From Bigelowiella natans CCMP2755 (lineage: Eukaryota > Protista > Cercozoa), in contig ADNK01001797.1 of NCBI GenBank assembly GCA_000320545.1, positions 1 to 64,000 on the forward strand: a stretch of 64,000 nucleotides of DNA, read 5' to 3'. Shown piece after piece: positions 38,101 through 53,660 of the stretch. Positions within the stretch are counted from its first letter, which is position 1. Every line of letters starts with the position of its first letter. The position numbers and the translations under genes are program-made. The notes below the pieces were generated by a model, which was not told where the DNA came from, made no database searches, and saw only the letters and a program-made list of their open reading frames with translations.

Positions 38101-40664
38101 AAGGACATATCTAAATTAGTTTGGAGTCAGTAATAGTTATATGATTATTGCAGATGAAGAAGAGGAAGAAGAAGAGTAAGAAAATGATAGGCTACCAACG
38201 GTACATTTTTGTGGTAACAAGAAATACTACAACTGCTAGTATAGCGCCTACAACGTTCCTCGGCGTGTGCATAGTACAATTTATCGTAGATCTATGATCA
38301 CGACGACGATATGGGCACTAACTTAGATAAGTCCTGTGGTACTTCCTTGAGAATCTCATCAATATTATAACCGTCGGTATGAAGGTTTTCCTCTGCGCTT
38401 TTCCGTAATTTGATTCCAAAGGACAACGCGACCCCTCGAACCATCTAATGAAGAATATCAATAAAACGAAAACAATTACAATTATTATGGGGAAAACGGA
38501 CATATACACAGATAAGTGGGGGGGGGGGGGGGTCCTAGAAAGCATAACCTGTTTGTTTTGCTTCTTAATGGTCTTTCTCAAGTCTTTAAGTGTTGTACAG
38601 CTCTCGAATTGAAGCCTCTGATCTGCCCTTATATAACCCCTTGAATAGCGCAGGATACGACCCACGAAGGACTCAACTGCATGTAGTTAGTCGGTAGTTG
38701 AATAATGTGTATGGGTGTAACAACAATAATAATAATGATAATAACAACAATAGCATCATGAGGTCATTCAAATGACGTCTTGTTTCCCTTCCTCTTCTTT
38801 TTCTTGTTGCTTTACCAGTGATCTTCTCTGCCATCCTTAAGGCAGATCCAGGAGTCTTACACTGGTCAAACCTCTTGAGAAAGACGCTATTTCTCTTCTC
38901 CATCCCCTCCCCCTGCTCCTCCTCCTTCTTATCCCCGTCACCATCGTGGGCGTGATCAACTGCTCCTCCGTCAAAGAGAGCACCCAACACGGTGTTGCAG
39001 CAGAACACCTGTGCGATGAATTCCGCACACACAACGTCCCATGTTTCCATAAAGCTAAGCTTTTTATTCGTCAGTATAGCGGACATGCGCTTTTCCTTAA
39101 AGACATGCTGCTTTCCTCCAAGCTTATTGATAACCTCCATCACAGTAAAGACGTTCCTAAAGCAGATAAAACGATAGCATAGGGAGAAGAGGATATACAA
39201 AGAAGAAGAGGAAGACCGTAGAGTAGTAAGAGATAGTGGAGGAGATCAGGTGTGGATCTAGCAGAAAAATAAATACGTAGGCGTATTGATTTCGACATAG
39301 GGATAAAAATAACAAATTAGTTTGAATAGTCGTAATAGACCACTCTTAATATGGTTATTATTATCATTATTTTCCATGAACAACTCAGTATTTTTATTAG
39401 CACTGTTTCTTCTTCTTTCCTATTTTCGTACGTACCGACGAAGAATGTGCTTGGCGCATGTCCCTATCATATTCAAGTCCACAGAATTAGCAGCATGTAT
39501 CTTGCGCTTCCTTCGCTTGTTGCGTTTCGTCCCTTCTTTAACTTCCTCCCCCTCCTTTTGATCATTTATGTCGGCAACTTTCCCAATATTAGCTTGATCG
39601 GTGTTACTGTTCGCTGCACTGTCACTATTTTCAGCTTCTTTGGCGGTTTTATTACTTTGATGTTTATGATCATCATCGCTACTTGCAACCATCTGATCGA
39701 GCAAAAAGTGATCTACTTCCCTAATAGAATGAATGAGCCAGTCTAAGGCTTTTATGATGAGAAAGTACTGCGAAGAAGAAGAAGAAGACGTCGAAGATGA
39801 GGGATTTCTCCCCTTATTCTCTGTGTCCGAGCGACTTTTTCCATCATCATCGTTGCCAGTACTGATGTTGTCGTTGTGAAGGTGGTGCTGTTTTCCATCT
39901 CCGGGTTTTTGTTCTCCCTCTTTCTTCTCCCCCCCAACTTCCTCCTCCCCCCTTGTTGTTTGCGCAGCTTGACTACACATTCCCGCCTTCACCATTTTCA
40001 TTAACTCCGCCAAATCGTGTAGCGAGAAAGTTCCTTCCGAAATGCTTTTCCTTGTTGATGTCCACAAACGAAGGACGTTGACATTCATCTTCATAATCCA
40101 GCTCATTGGTAACCCAAGCACGCTATATACGGCCTTCGCCATCCATCCCTGTGAGCGAAACTGACGAAAGCAGGACAATATCATGATTATGATTATGATT
40201 ATGATTATTAATAATATTATTATTGTTGCTATTATCAGTAGCAGTGGTCATCGTCGGGCATATTATGATTATAAGTCAATGATACATGCTATAGATGCAT
40301 CCTGCAAAGTATGGACGGATTAAAGCGACAGCACCAGCAGCAAGATCACCTTTAAATGGTGCTTAATACCGTGCGTGCTACTACAACTGCCTGTGACTCA
40401 TGTACCACAACACCACCTCTACTACTGCTACTACTACTACTACTACTACTACTGCTACTATTGCTGCTACTACCATCTCGCAAATGCCAGTCATCAGCAT
40501 GCCCAAGACTCTTAAGTCTCCCATGGCAAAGATCAACTTCGTAGTGGATGGGAATCTGACAAGACTGATGATGAAAGATGGTGATCAATCACTAGATGAT
40601 TGGATGGATGATGATTAACGAAGTTCGTAGCATATTAACAACAAAAACACAAAACACAAAACAC

Positions 40665-40708
<44 letters not shown>

Positions 40709-41886
40709 GGGTTGCCAAATGATCGAAATTATGTAAAAATGACATAATTCAATTTGGTCTCACTCATGCATTTCCCCGTGGAAATACGCAATGAGCGCAA
40801 GAGGTGCTGTGCCGGTGGCTAGCACATGCTCTTCAATGACATCCGCAACGGATTTAGGAAGCGATAACTTGTGAAATTTCTGCTCAGCCATGAGCACCCT
40901 TTCATCACGTAAGTGCGGTATAATATCTTGACTAGAGAGCTGACGTCGCAGCTCCAAGGGCTCAATGGTGTGATCTACGTGAAAGTCTACCCAAGGAACC
41001 TTGAGAGCGCAGAAAGAAGTACCAGACCCGAATAATGAGGTATTATTCCAAAATAACATCAAAGCAAACGCAACCTATACACACACAGATACACCCACCC
41101 ACCCACCACTGCTGCCAGCATATTTAGCGGCATGGTACTACTACCTTCTCCAATGCCTTTGCCTTTAAAAGATTTTTGACATGCTGATGCAGTTCATCTA
41201 GGGTCGGGCATACCCCCTCTTGAAACACCTCGTCGAGTACCCCCCTCTCCTTCAGATTTCGCACATAGTGAGTTGATAGCTTCTGCTCAATTTCTGTGTT
41301 AAACTTGGTGTGGAAAACATCGTGCACTGGCACGATTTTCTTCTCACGAAGCGCGGAGAACAGAATCTGCTTGGAGAAGTTCTCGGTGAGACGTTCCATG
41401 GATTTGAGGAGCTCTTCTGTTGTGTCTTTTCGTCGTAAATGATGGTCATATCCAAATGATCCATTATGCATCGACTCTACGATTTCTTTACTGGAAAACA
41501 ACGGATCTAATATCTGTAGTAGTTGTTGTAAGAAGAAGTTTTTGTTAAAATAATTATCAGAACTAAATCAACATCTACCACCTCTTGGAATACATATACT
41601 ACAGAAGAAGATATACAACTAATTCTCATCGTCAGCGGGCATAAGATGGTTATTTAAGATCATCATCGTCACCGTTAGCATCACACGTTATATACTACTG
41701 CTGTTATTACCTCTGCCGTCTCAGTGAAAGCAGGCACGAGCACACCCAATGCAAACACTACGAACCGAGAAATGGTGTTTTCCACGCTCTTGTCTGATGG
41801 GACCTGTATAGTATAGTAATAACCACACCAACAATGAACAAGCAGCTCAGGATCAAAAGGAAGGGAGATAGGGAGAGAGGGGAGGA

Positions 41887-41937
<51 letters not shown>

Positions 41938-44900
41938 GAAGAGGTAGGAATGCAACACGAATGATGTGCCAAATTTAGCTAACATAATTCTGGTAGTGGT
42001 GGTGCTACTGACCCTTCCTAATAAAGCCATAATCTCCACTACTTCTGAAAAGCGAATCAATTTCTTCGTGAGTGAAGCGTTGAAGGCCAAGGCTTCTTCG
42101 GGGGAGAAAGAAATCGATTCTTCCTGACACATCGACTTCAACTTAGGGTCTTCCACCTTCTCAGAAGAGCGTTGGTTCATTCCTGTGAATAAATTCAAAT
42201 ATTTGATGGCGCGTTCAAGAGAATTTTTCCGGTTTGGGTTGATGAAGTATGATTTGGCAATGAGCCTTAACAACTTGGATTTTCTCTTGTTGACTGGTGA
42301 ATAAGATGAAGAAGGACGTAGAAGAACAACGAGGACAACAAGAAGCAGAAGAAAGAAGGAGAAGAAGAGGAAGGAAGCTATCAGCATAATGATGATGATG
42401 ACAATGACAATGACAACGATGAGTTGATTGAGAGGTAAGTGCTTCACACATAAGAGCATCAAACAACAAGAAGTATAGCAGCAACAAACTCGTTATCATC
42501 ATAAAAATATCATCATCATATGAATATCATCATCATATGAATATCAGCTGATAAATGCCTCCACCTGCCGTGAGCCACATAGCCCTTGAGAGATTGGGGT
42601 CATCGTGTTGGGTAGTCACAGACCTCAGTAGAAAGTATATCTGAATCACTAATATTTCGATACGGTGCCCGAACTTACGAGCAAACAACGTGTTCATCAA
42701 GATGTCACGAAGGCCTGAAAGATACCTAGTAGTGGAAGGAGGACGATGAGTAGATGAGCAACAGGTGCAACAACATCACGGCAACAACAAAATCAACAAT
42801 CACTCAGGGCTTTCATCAATTGCGTCGTCTAATTCTCAAACGAATCGAATATTTTTCCAATGGCAAAGCAGCAGTAGCAGCAGCAGTAGCAGCCTCCAAA
42901 ATATCTAATTGCTGAACACGTTACTTTTGAGTGCTGCACGAGGCGAAATGTGGGTATCGTAGGTTCCAGAAAGGAGCCATTACGGATAAATACCTAGATA
43001 ATTAGTGCGTAGTACAAAAAAAGAACGAGTGGGAAGCTGCCGTCATTATAAGAGACTGAGGGTCGTCCTTGTAGATGATGACGATGACAATGAGGAGGAT
43101 GAATAGGTTTCTCTCTCTCTTTCTCCTGAGGATATCATGTTTCTTTTCTCCTCTCTACCCACACACTTACTACGCACTACCGATGAAATCTTGTATTCTG
43201 AAACAAACTGGCGATGTTCTCTGGTAGCGTCATCTTAGTGGATTCCATTCTCGCCAGGGTAGATCGAATATCTTGCAAGGAGTTCCTACAAATGATACGA
43301 TAATGCGGATGGAAAAAAAGAAGGAGAAGGAAGAAAGAAAAAGAGAAGAAAAACATTCATTTGTGATGGATGACGAATTATGATGATGATGATGATAATG
43401 ATGGTGATGATGGTGGTAGTGCATAGAGGCAGAGATATTTACTAGAAAAACCTCCTTACAGTTGTTAACATTATTCTTCATGATGTTCAGGAGGTAGTGT
43501 AATAGCATCATCGTCGTCGTCATGACCATCATCACCTGTCTCCCATAAACGTGGGCTTTTCTCGCTTACAATCATCAACATCTTCTTCCTTCTTATCATC
43601 CTTATGAGCTTCTCGCAATAGTCGTTCAATCTCCTCCACGCCTCGTTGACAGAGAAAATCTTGCACCTTTTGCAGTATCTTATCAGGGTCGTCATTCTCT
43701 TTTATGTCCTTCCAAAAATTGCGGTTCTTATCAGCCTTCTTCCTCTCCTCCTGTTTCTCTTTTGAAGAGTGCTTAGAACCATACGGAGCATCGCCGCAGG
43801 CCTCTGAGACTACGAAACGAGTAATGTCTTGGATAATCACGTTGGATACCAAACTTACAACTTTCCACAAGCGAATCTGCGTCATTTTAATTCCCAACAA
43901 AAAGGTAGGTAGATAGATAGCGACAACAACAACGACAGCAATGACGACGAATGGAAGAAGAAGAAGAAGAAGAAGAAGAAGAAGATTATGATGATGATAA
44001 AGTGGTACAAAGAGGAACAGGACGAGCGGATAAGAAGTTCAGATATGAAATAGAAATTTATTAGAGCTGCGGTATATATAAGCAACAACTTGGTTTCGAA
44101 AGTGGTTTGATGGCAATGTTGATTAATCCTGAGATTTATCCACCATTAGAGTTATCATCATCATCATCATCATCATCACCATCATCATCACCTTGACCAA
44201 CAATATAACACCATCAAAAAAATGCTCGCGCTGCCGCATATCTGCAACAACCTTGTCCTTCTTCTCCGGTGATATATTCAAAAGGCTTACGAAGTGTACG
44301 TTGACGCGATCTGTCATGTAGATTTGGATTATCTTCATCTTTATCATATGTCACCATTCATCATTCTTTTATTCATATGTCCATAGGTCTTAAATAATCT
44401 CTCTAACCCCTCCTTTTTCGCCATAGTGGGAGTAGCAGTAGATGCGGGAGAAACAGAACCAAAAAAAGACAAATGAATGATTGCCTAATATATTACTCAT
44501 CGTCCTATCAAGGAAAGTAGCATGTCGCTTCTTTGACTTCATAAGATGAAGGAGGCGTAAAGTCTCTACAGCGACAACAGTAATGAGCTTATCCCTGAAG
44601 GTATTTACGTCCATCGTTTGCAGCTCTGTAGCAAGGCGATTTCTTATTTTCCCCATCTCTTTCTTCAGAACAAAGTAATCGTTCTTCTTTACTGAAGTAC
44701 CAAAAACTTCACAGAAAGTAGCGTTGAATGTTGCCTAGATAGTGGCCATGAAAGGAGCAGGCGCAGGAGGAAGACGAGGAAATCATTGCCATAAATACGG
44801 TTCTACACCGAGAATCAGATTGAGGAAGAAAGAGGGAGGGCACTGGAGGGAGACAGCGGGGAGGGGGGGAGAAGAGGAGCAACCTTTTCCGAACTATTGG

Positions 44901-46701
44901 CTTTTCTTTCGATTCTATTCTCATACACAGAAAGTGTTATAGCGGTAAGATGTCTCAGGTAGTCGCACTGCTGGATTTGATCCAAGACAAACTGGAGAAT
45001 AATGCTACCCAAAGAAGAAATAAGAAAGAGATACGTAACAAGAGAGGGGGGGGTAGGGGGAAGAAGAAGAAGAAGAAGATGGTGATGATGATGAAGTGAT
45101 TGACGCATTGGCAAATGTAGTAAATTAAGGTTGTAGCAAGTGAGCTGCAGGGGTAGAAGGAGAGTAGTAGTAGCTGGTAGTAGTAGCTAGTAGTAGTAGT
45201 AGTAGTAGTAGCAGTAGTAGTGGTAGTGCTGTGCTGGTCATAGTGGAACAATAAGGCATTAGCAGGAAGAAGAGGAAGATTGTACTGGTAGTATTGGAGG
45301 TGGTAGTAGTAGCAGTAGTAATAGTAGTAGTTGTAGCAGAGGAATAGCTATGATGTTAATGTTAATGGCCATTTTCGCGTGTGCAGTGTGGGAGCGAGCT
45401 GCAATGAGCTGATTACGGTTCAGTAAGATTTGATTCCGTTTGCAACTTTTTGATGATGTGATCTCTAAACCTATAAGTGGGAGTAGGAGGAAGAGGAGGA
45501 GGAGAAAGAAAAACTTAGGGATAAAAACACAGCATACATGCTGGCTACCACCACCACTTCCGTGAAGAGACAACTCATCGTCGTAATCAACACTATCATT
45601 GTTATAATTCATGTATCCGTGCGAAGAAAAGGAAGTTGGAAAAAAAAAGGAAGAAAAGGAAAAAAGAGATTCCGACATCATCGTCGTCCATCAGATAATC
45701 ACAGAACAAGACTATGAATATCGCCTATCAAACTCGTATGGTTTTCATCTAATTACATTTAGATGCATAATCTTTTATGGCATCCCCTCTTTCCCCTCGC
45801 TCTTCTTCTTCTTCTTCTTCTTCTTCTTCTTCTTCTTTTCCCCTCCCCCCCCCTCCCAAAAGAACTATAAGATAACAAGCAAAATATTTTTACCAATCCC
45901 AACTGAAGTTTTGCTTTACCAGGCTATTATGAAGGTCATTGCGTATTTTATCCACCTATAGTAGGAGCAGCAGTAGTAGTAGTCGTAGTAGGGCTTTATC
46001 GTCATATTATAATAACAACAGCAACAACGAGAATACCACACTGATCACAATAATAATGGTTATGGTGATAATGCAAAAACACTATCAAGTCAAAAGGACT
46101 AGTAGAGGATCAGTATTTGAAGATTATACTGCATCAGCAGTAGCAACAATAGCACTTAGTAGATAGTGAAATAAGCATTCATACTATTATCAACCCACTC
46201 ACAGAAGATCTCTCATCATCAGTTACTCTTCTTACATGAGTCATAAATCCATTAAACTTTCTCAGGTTTTCGTTCCATCTTCCAGTTTTCACTCCAAAAG
46301 CCTAGATACAGCAGTAGCAGCACTTATTCAAATATTTTCCTTTACTCGTAGATGGATATATATATATTTATTTGTTATACCTTCTCGATATCAACTAGAG
46401 CTGTGCTGATTTGAATCTGCAACTGAGACCATTTTTCGAAAAGAGTGGTGGGAAGGAGCGTGTTCAACATGTGAATGCGGCTTGCCTCAGGATGGGTAAC
46501 AGATGATAAAAGGCCGTTCATCCATTCTGAGATTTGAAATAAGTGCATATTGAAAGAAAGATTATGTTAAGTCCCCTATTCAATAAGCAACAAGCCACTG
46601 CTTTTCTTTTTATCGGCAGAGGATACGCATGAATATGATGAATTGGTTATTTCAATCATACGTCGCTCAATCTTCCTCGTTCCTGTCGTCATTATCATTA
46701 C

Positions 46702-46734
<33 letters not shown>

Positions 46735-47027
46735 GTTCTTCTTCACGACCTTGGTGGTGCTGCTCATCCGTGGGACGTGGATTTATGATGTTGAAGAGGT
46801 TACTAATGAAAGACTTCGATGCTGCCCCTCCTTTGTGCCTTCTTTCTCTTTTACTTCTTCTCTTTTTCTTTTTCCTCTTCTTACTATTAGTCTTATTATC
46901 ATCTTCATTCTGCTCTCCTTTGAAGCTGGAGTCGGGTGGAAGGACGCCGCAGCAAGTTTGTCGTTCACAGCACCGAAGAGTGCAGAAAGAGGAGAGAAGG
47001 GAGGGGGGTGGAGGAGAGAAAGCAATC

Positions 47028-47058
<31 letters not shown>

Positions 47059-48957
47059 GGGGGGGGGAGAGAATATAAGTGCAACCTTCGCCTTAATGGA
47101 CTATATTGTACATAAGTATAACTAATGCCGACTCCAGAATAACATATATATAATAATACTGCTAATAATACATTAGTAATGTAAACCTTTTCCTTCTCCT
47201 TCTCCCTGTCTTAATCTTCTTATAAATATGCTTTTAACTACTTCTACTACCACAAATACTACTACACCTCCACTATTCCTCGTACTACATGACACCTACC
47301 CTTGCTTTGGAATGTCTATCTTGTGGTCATTGATTCTATAACGATGCTTTTTCTCCTCCTTGAAAAGGCCAACCTTTATTCGCAAGTTGCAGCATTAGGG
47401 TTAGCAGGGGAGGGAGGAGAGGGGAAAAGCAGTTGTGAGGAATCAGCCAAGGGAAAAGCAGTTGGTCGAACTGACAGCACTTAGTAGTATAATACACGCC
47501 GTCGTAGCTTATCATTTTACATCATACCCTCTGCATCAACAATCTACTCTGCTACCACTACCACCCCCACTACTACTATTGCTACTACCGGGTTGTCCTG
47601 TTTGTATTCTTCACCTTCTTTATTTTCATCTTCAAAAACCATTTTTGTCATGCCATCGTCGTCGTCGTCGTCGTCGTATCCCGCAGTTTTTCCTCGTGCT
47701 CCTTGCCGTGGTTGGGAGTGGTGTGTATGAAAACGGATGAAGTTGCTCGGAGGATTAAGATGATATTTCTCCTCTTTGCCATCATCGTTATCGTTAACAT
47801 CATCACAATCCTCTTCTTCTTCGACTTCGGAGAGCTCAGAAGGATCTGCAGCAGTAGTCACAATACATTGATTATCTTGCACTGTTCAATACCATAAACT
47901 ATCATCATCAGAAAATAAGATGGAAATACTACGGAGAACAGTGTAGTAGCGGCAAATATGATTGGGCTAAAAAAGCTTGAGCATCTTTAAATATTATTAT
48001 CGTGGCGTTTTGTGCAGTCGTTCGGTGTCGCTGCCGTTGTCGCAGGTTATCTCTAACGTCTACCGTTCAATTTCTTCTTCTTCTTTTCTTCTTCTTGTTC
48101 TCATCGTAAAAACCCACCATTGCTGCCATTGTCATCATCTTCATCACCACCACCACCATCTTTGTTACTGCTGTCCGCAAATAGATCACCAAACAGAACT
48201 TCGAAAGCCCGCTCCACAGACATTTTTATCCGCAGGATTGGCCCAAATATGAGATTTTGAAAGTCGTAGGCGATGAAAGCCATGCCGATAGTGACAATCA
48301 CTGTCAGTGAAAACGTTAATATCAGTCCATTCCGCGCAGTTACTATAACCTGTTGTTTAGTCATTATCATTATTATCATTATTATCATTATCTTATTACT
48401 ACAATCATCCTATTGATTCATCCATAACCCTCATCAAACCCGCTGCTTACGATGTAATCACCACAAACGATTTCCAATCTGTTGCAGGGGAATGCAAGAG
48501 TACCTCTTTTCGCTGGTTAAAGATGGCCGCATCTAGACATGAATCCTGCCTTAAATCTCCCTCTGACACTTTATCACCGCATCCACTCCCGATAGAACTT
48601 TTTTAATGTATTTGTATTATTTTTAAACTATGATAATGTACAGTGATCTGCTCTTTTGGTGTAGGACCCGAAAGCACAATACACGCACACAAATACAAAC
48701 CTGTACGTCATCTCTATGCTTCTTAACTTTTTGAGTTTATCGGAGTCCTTTCGGAAGGAACAACAAGAAAGAAAGAAAGAAAGAAAGATGATGATGATGT
48801 ATCAAGATCATGTAAGTTGAGAGGAGATAGAGTAGTAATTTAGTCTTCGCGAGCTACAGATCTCTCATAACCGAGTGGTGACGTATTAGAATACATGTTG
48901 ACTTCTTTTCTTCTACTTATTTTTCATCGTGATCGCAATATATCTAAGCTCTCCTTG

Positions 48958-48999
<42 letters not shown>

Positions 49000-51580
49000 C
49001 ACACATAGACAGACATACATCGCACCACCTACCACAACAAATTCCGTGCCATTGACTTTGAGGTAGATACAAGGCTTGTTACTATTCCACCGTGTTCCGA
49101 GATGTCTTCCACCAGATAGGTAAACATCCTTCACAGCATTGAATGATGTGCCATTCAACGAATCCATCTGTACACATCAGTTTTGGATGATGATGCTGAT
49201 AATGATGATGATGAAGACAACGATGGATGTCGAGGGTAAAAATCGTTCTAGATTGATAATATCTATAACACGTCAGATCAGAACCAGGAAAAGCCTTCAA
49301 ACATAGAAATGGGGTCGAATAAAAGCTGTATGGCACCACCATCACCACCTACCTCCGCCGTGTCTTTGAGCATTTGAAGTCCCATATCTCTTTGTGTTGC
49401 ACTTTCCCGTTGAAAGCTGGCCAACGTCGTGATCAAAAGCAAGAGGATCAGCATCATCATCATGATTTTTGACGTCAGTACCTGTGGTATACAATTATAA
49501 ATAATGATAGCAATTAATGGCAGTTTTTACAACAACGTACGTATATTACACCACCATTGCTGCGATAAGAATTGCTCTTGACCATCATTCGTGAAGGGGA
49601 CAATGGTGCCACTACTATTCAAAAACTGCCTGCTACATCTATCTACTGTTGAGGAGTACAAAGAAGGACAAATTACCTCTAGCATCATGCCCCCAACCTT
49701 ACTTGGATCAGCTAGAAGCTCATTGGATGAATCTTCCTATAAGATCAATGTGTGTTCAGTATACAGTGTAATTATTTGGTAGTGGTGGTGGTAGTGGTGT
49801 TGGCATGATGATGATCATCATCTTTGATATAATACTACTAGTACCGATTTTTCCAATGTGTTGTCCTTGTCCTGATCATTATCCAAATTCTCGAACAAGT
49901 AAGTTTGAATTCTAGCTTGTGAAGCTATTGAGACTCGTGGTACTTGAAGACCAGATCTTCGTCTTGGTTGTCGTTCTTCCTCTCCTCCTCCTCCTCCTCC
50001 TCTTCCGAGTCTCCCAGAGAGATCATTAGCCGTCATATTCGTCATCTCAATCTGACGATGACGATGAATACTACTGGACTGCTGGCCACTGTTTTTCTTC
50101 TCAACATCGTGCAGGTGCTGCTGATTAGTTTGTGTAGTGGAAATGGTGGACATATTGTTGATTCTTGAAGGTAGGTTTGGACGATTGGAGTGACCAACTA
50201 CTTCCCTCCTAATAGGAGAAGTAGCACTATTAGTAGTAACAGCCTCCGTATGCTGCCCAGCGCTACCACTATCGTTGAGATTACTGCTCTCTTTCCTGTC
50301 CTTGTCCATTCTTTTCTTTTCGGTGCTAAGTTTAGGAGACATTTCTTGGCTCTCTGCAGTATTCTGTCCAGACAGGTGAAGGCAGTACAGTACGGTGGTG
50401 ATAACGCATGACACGGTCTTGCCAAGAAGCTTTGGTATCCTTGTCGCACGTCCAGCACGGGCTGCGATACGGGCAACTCGAGCTGCGCGTGCGAGCTCCG
50501 TTCCGCTAATGAACTCGTTGAAGGTTATTGTAACCCCTTTAATCTCGATGTGCACCAATGTGAGTACACCTACAGCGGCCAACAAGTCGAGGAACCCTGT
50601 AGTTGACCAGTAGTATGAAGATCCCAGCGCCATTGCGGTGATGATCCACTCGAATATGAAGAGCAGAAAGCAGAACACTAATAATGATAATAATAATAAT
50701 TATGATAAAAAACATCATTAACGTTGGTAATCTATAAATAATAACGGCACAAGCAATTGTGGCCATTTATGCGTGTGTGTATTGTGTGTGTGTGTGTGTG
50801 TGTGTGTGATGTATACATGCATCTGTGGTGGGGACGGGGTGGTGATGGGCCATCGTCACCACTACTGAGACATAGAAAGACGAATGGTGGTGTAATAGTA
50901 AATGATGGTGACGAAATGATGGTGAGCAGCATAAGCAGCATCAGCAGCTGCAACCACCTGTAAGCCAGCCTAGGACAGGATCGTATTCCTTTGGTATGTT
51001 ATTCAACATCCAAATGTCGTGCGCGAATAACGCAAATACAGTGAAGAATAACACCGTCCACTCCATCACCGGCGAGTTTTTAATACATGTTGATATTCGC
51101 GATTCCTCATCGTCGATGTAGATCATAATTTCCCTGTTGTTTATTCATATTTTCACTAGTCATAATGATATTCTAACATGTAGGTTTTTGGGATAATCAT
51201 CAGTAATCGTAACATTCTTATATATTCGTCGTTGGGATAATCATTATGATACTACCGCCTGTTTTTTTCATCGAAATCCTCCATTTCAGCCCCCTCCGTT
51301 TCCGCGTGCATCTTGACCAAGAAACGAAGTTCACCATCTTTTCTCGGAGAATTGAAGATATCAATCACAGGAATCTTTGCTTTGGATTGTCCCTCCTTAA
51401 ATTTAACGACCGTGTTCAGATAACTAAAATTTACTCCCGTCTTTGCCGATAAATCCTCCGTATAGATGCGAACTGAAACACTCCCGCGCTTCACTTTACG
51501 CGTAATTGTTAAGCTTAGCTGTCAGGAAAGGAAAGCGTAAAAAGAGTAGAGGAAGATTAAGGAGACGACACGCAGTCATC

Positions 51581-51611
<31 letters not shown>

Positions 51612-52210
51612 TGACGATGAACGACACACACATTTAATCACACACGGAGGAGGAGGAATCACAACAAATATTTCTTCTGTGTCACCGAAGAGCAACAGGA
51701 GATCGACAAGCGAATAACAACCCACGTGATAGAAATAATACTGATTGAGGTCTTTATTGTAGCTGTGATGTTGTGATATCACCAAAACTTGTTATCTCTC
51801 ATATCTTCTTACGAACAATATTGTCGCTACTGTACTACCTTGCCGACGTCTTCCCACACACGCATTACTTTCTGCTCGAATTCGATGTCCATATAGAGGA
51901 GGGGGTCCTTGTGATACGCTCCAAAACGTAATAATCCCAGCGATCTAGTTCGAAAGAAAAGAATAATAGTTATAAATGAAGAACGAGCGATGTGCACGAG
52001 CGCGTATTACTTATGTCTTGCACTACTGTGGAGGCCATCTTTTAAATTCGAAGAATCTGGGAGCGATCCTCCTTCCGTTTTTAAACGGGGTTTCTGGAAA
52101 TCATACAAAGGAGGAAGAGCAGGGTTGGTGTCGTCCTCTGGCATCTCCTCCTTGACTATAAGCTCTAACGCTGCCTTGATTAAAGGGAATGGGAGGATGC
52201 GATGATTCAT
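35148..52210 (-). CDS. Very large membrane protein: Calx-beta domain + ion-transport/voltage-sensor-like TM domain of the ion-channel/adenylyl cyclase type + long uncharacterised helical tail
   Basis: Calx-beta: IEFEQKVMRVWEDVGK|LSLTITRKVKRGSVSVRIYTEDLSAKTGVNF...VKFKEGQSKAKIPVID. TM helices WTVLFFTVFALFAHDIW, FLLFIFEW, GFLDLLAAVG. S4-like ELARAARVARIAARAGRATRIPKL. Then PSKVGGMMLE|VLTSKIMM, AAIFNQRKE|...FIAYDFQNLIFGPILRI. Exons can be chained in phase into the 47.9-35.1 kb region, but a two-gene model is not excluded; 5' start uncertain. Confidence 0.7.
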
Positions 52211-52946
52211 TATATCTTGTCAATGATAGACTATATGAAACGTATAATAGTTTGATTAATGAAGTGATCGAGTCTAATCTATGCAGAGCTGCCCCCCCTT
52301 CTTTTTCTAGATTGTGCTCATGTCTCCGATATACAGTGCAGCTTCTTCCTCGCCCCCACCAATAAAACTAGAAAAGTTACCTATCCAGAATAAGTCGCAA
52401 ACGTTAGAAGAAAGTCTCAAGCGATGACGCTGTAGCCGAAGATGGCGAGATGGCCACCACCATCACCACCACCACCACGACGACGACCACCATGTTCCGA
52501 GATTGATATCATTGGGGGGCAATGGGGTTCTTCGCCACTGTCATCATTATGTTGTCATAAGTGTGTGGTAGCGTCGTTTAATGACTGAAAAAGAGTATGG
52601 ATATCATCGTGAAAATCATGGAAATGTACGGCGTTTATCCTGAAAACAGCCTAAAACTCCCAGATAGGTTCGAAGTAGTCTGATTGGTTTAGTGAACTCT
52701 TGCACGTTACATCTACATTTCAGTGTGGATGTGGTCTCGTAGTCGATGATATCTCGAGATATGTGCGATAAGTGTAGAAAATCATTGGGAACTTTCTAAA
52801 TTTAAATACAAACACTAAAATGGTTCCTGTGGGGTATTCTTTAGAAAACAATTGAAACGATAAACCCACAAGCTAGTCCACACATTTATTCCAGAGAAAT
52901 CTAGGTATATCATCTAATAACAATTGAACAGTACAGACAACATCTT

Positions 52947-52947
52947 C

Positions 52948-53046
<99 letters not shown>

Positions 53047-53055
53047 GACAACAAC
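52947..53055. repeat. Long (AAC)n microsatellite in the divergent spacer
   Basis: About 36 units, directly visible. Confidence 0.95.
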
Positions 53056-53363
53056 TAACACCCGAGCATAAACGCCGACGATGAACTGACCTCTGGCCGA
53101 AGCGTCGCTAACGCCCCACCCCCTCTCCGAACCCTGCTGATTATCTCCTGGCCCTTCTGCCAGAGTCTCCTGCGGCCAGTCTCCGTCAACTCTTCAGGTG
53201 TGGATCGCCCCAGCAGATATTCTTTTGGTAGGAATTTATTGTTTAAAAAACAAGCTGTTCAGAGTGGGTCTGATAGTTGTCTGCGTGCCCCGTCACAGCT
53301 GAAGCATCTTGTTGACATTTTTCGATACTGAAGGTAGTAGCGGTATCCTCGTCTAGGACAGCA

Positions 53364-53626
53364 ATGGATATTGGGAGAGCTCTAGAGTCAAACAGGCAGC
53401 GGGAGCTCATTCCAAGGTTATGAGATCTGATGGTGCATGAAGTCGACGAAATCACTTAACCACTGCTTCTTGAAGACGAATACCATGCCTTGTAAAAGTT
53501 GAAGTGAGGGTTGCTGTGCATGCTTAAGACGCACTGTTGCTTCTCCTCATCCTCTTCCTCCTCCTCCTCCTCCTCCTCCTCCTCCTCCTCCTCCTCCTCC
53601 TCCTCCTCCTCCTCCTCCTCCTCGTC

Positions 53627-53660
<34 letters not shown>

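Noticed and set aside
52873-53061. Poly-Val, poly-Leu, poly-His, YIYI and similar ORFs here and throughout the track
   Set aside because: Translations of microsatellites in introns or spacers.
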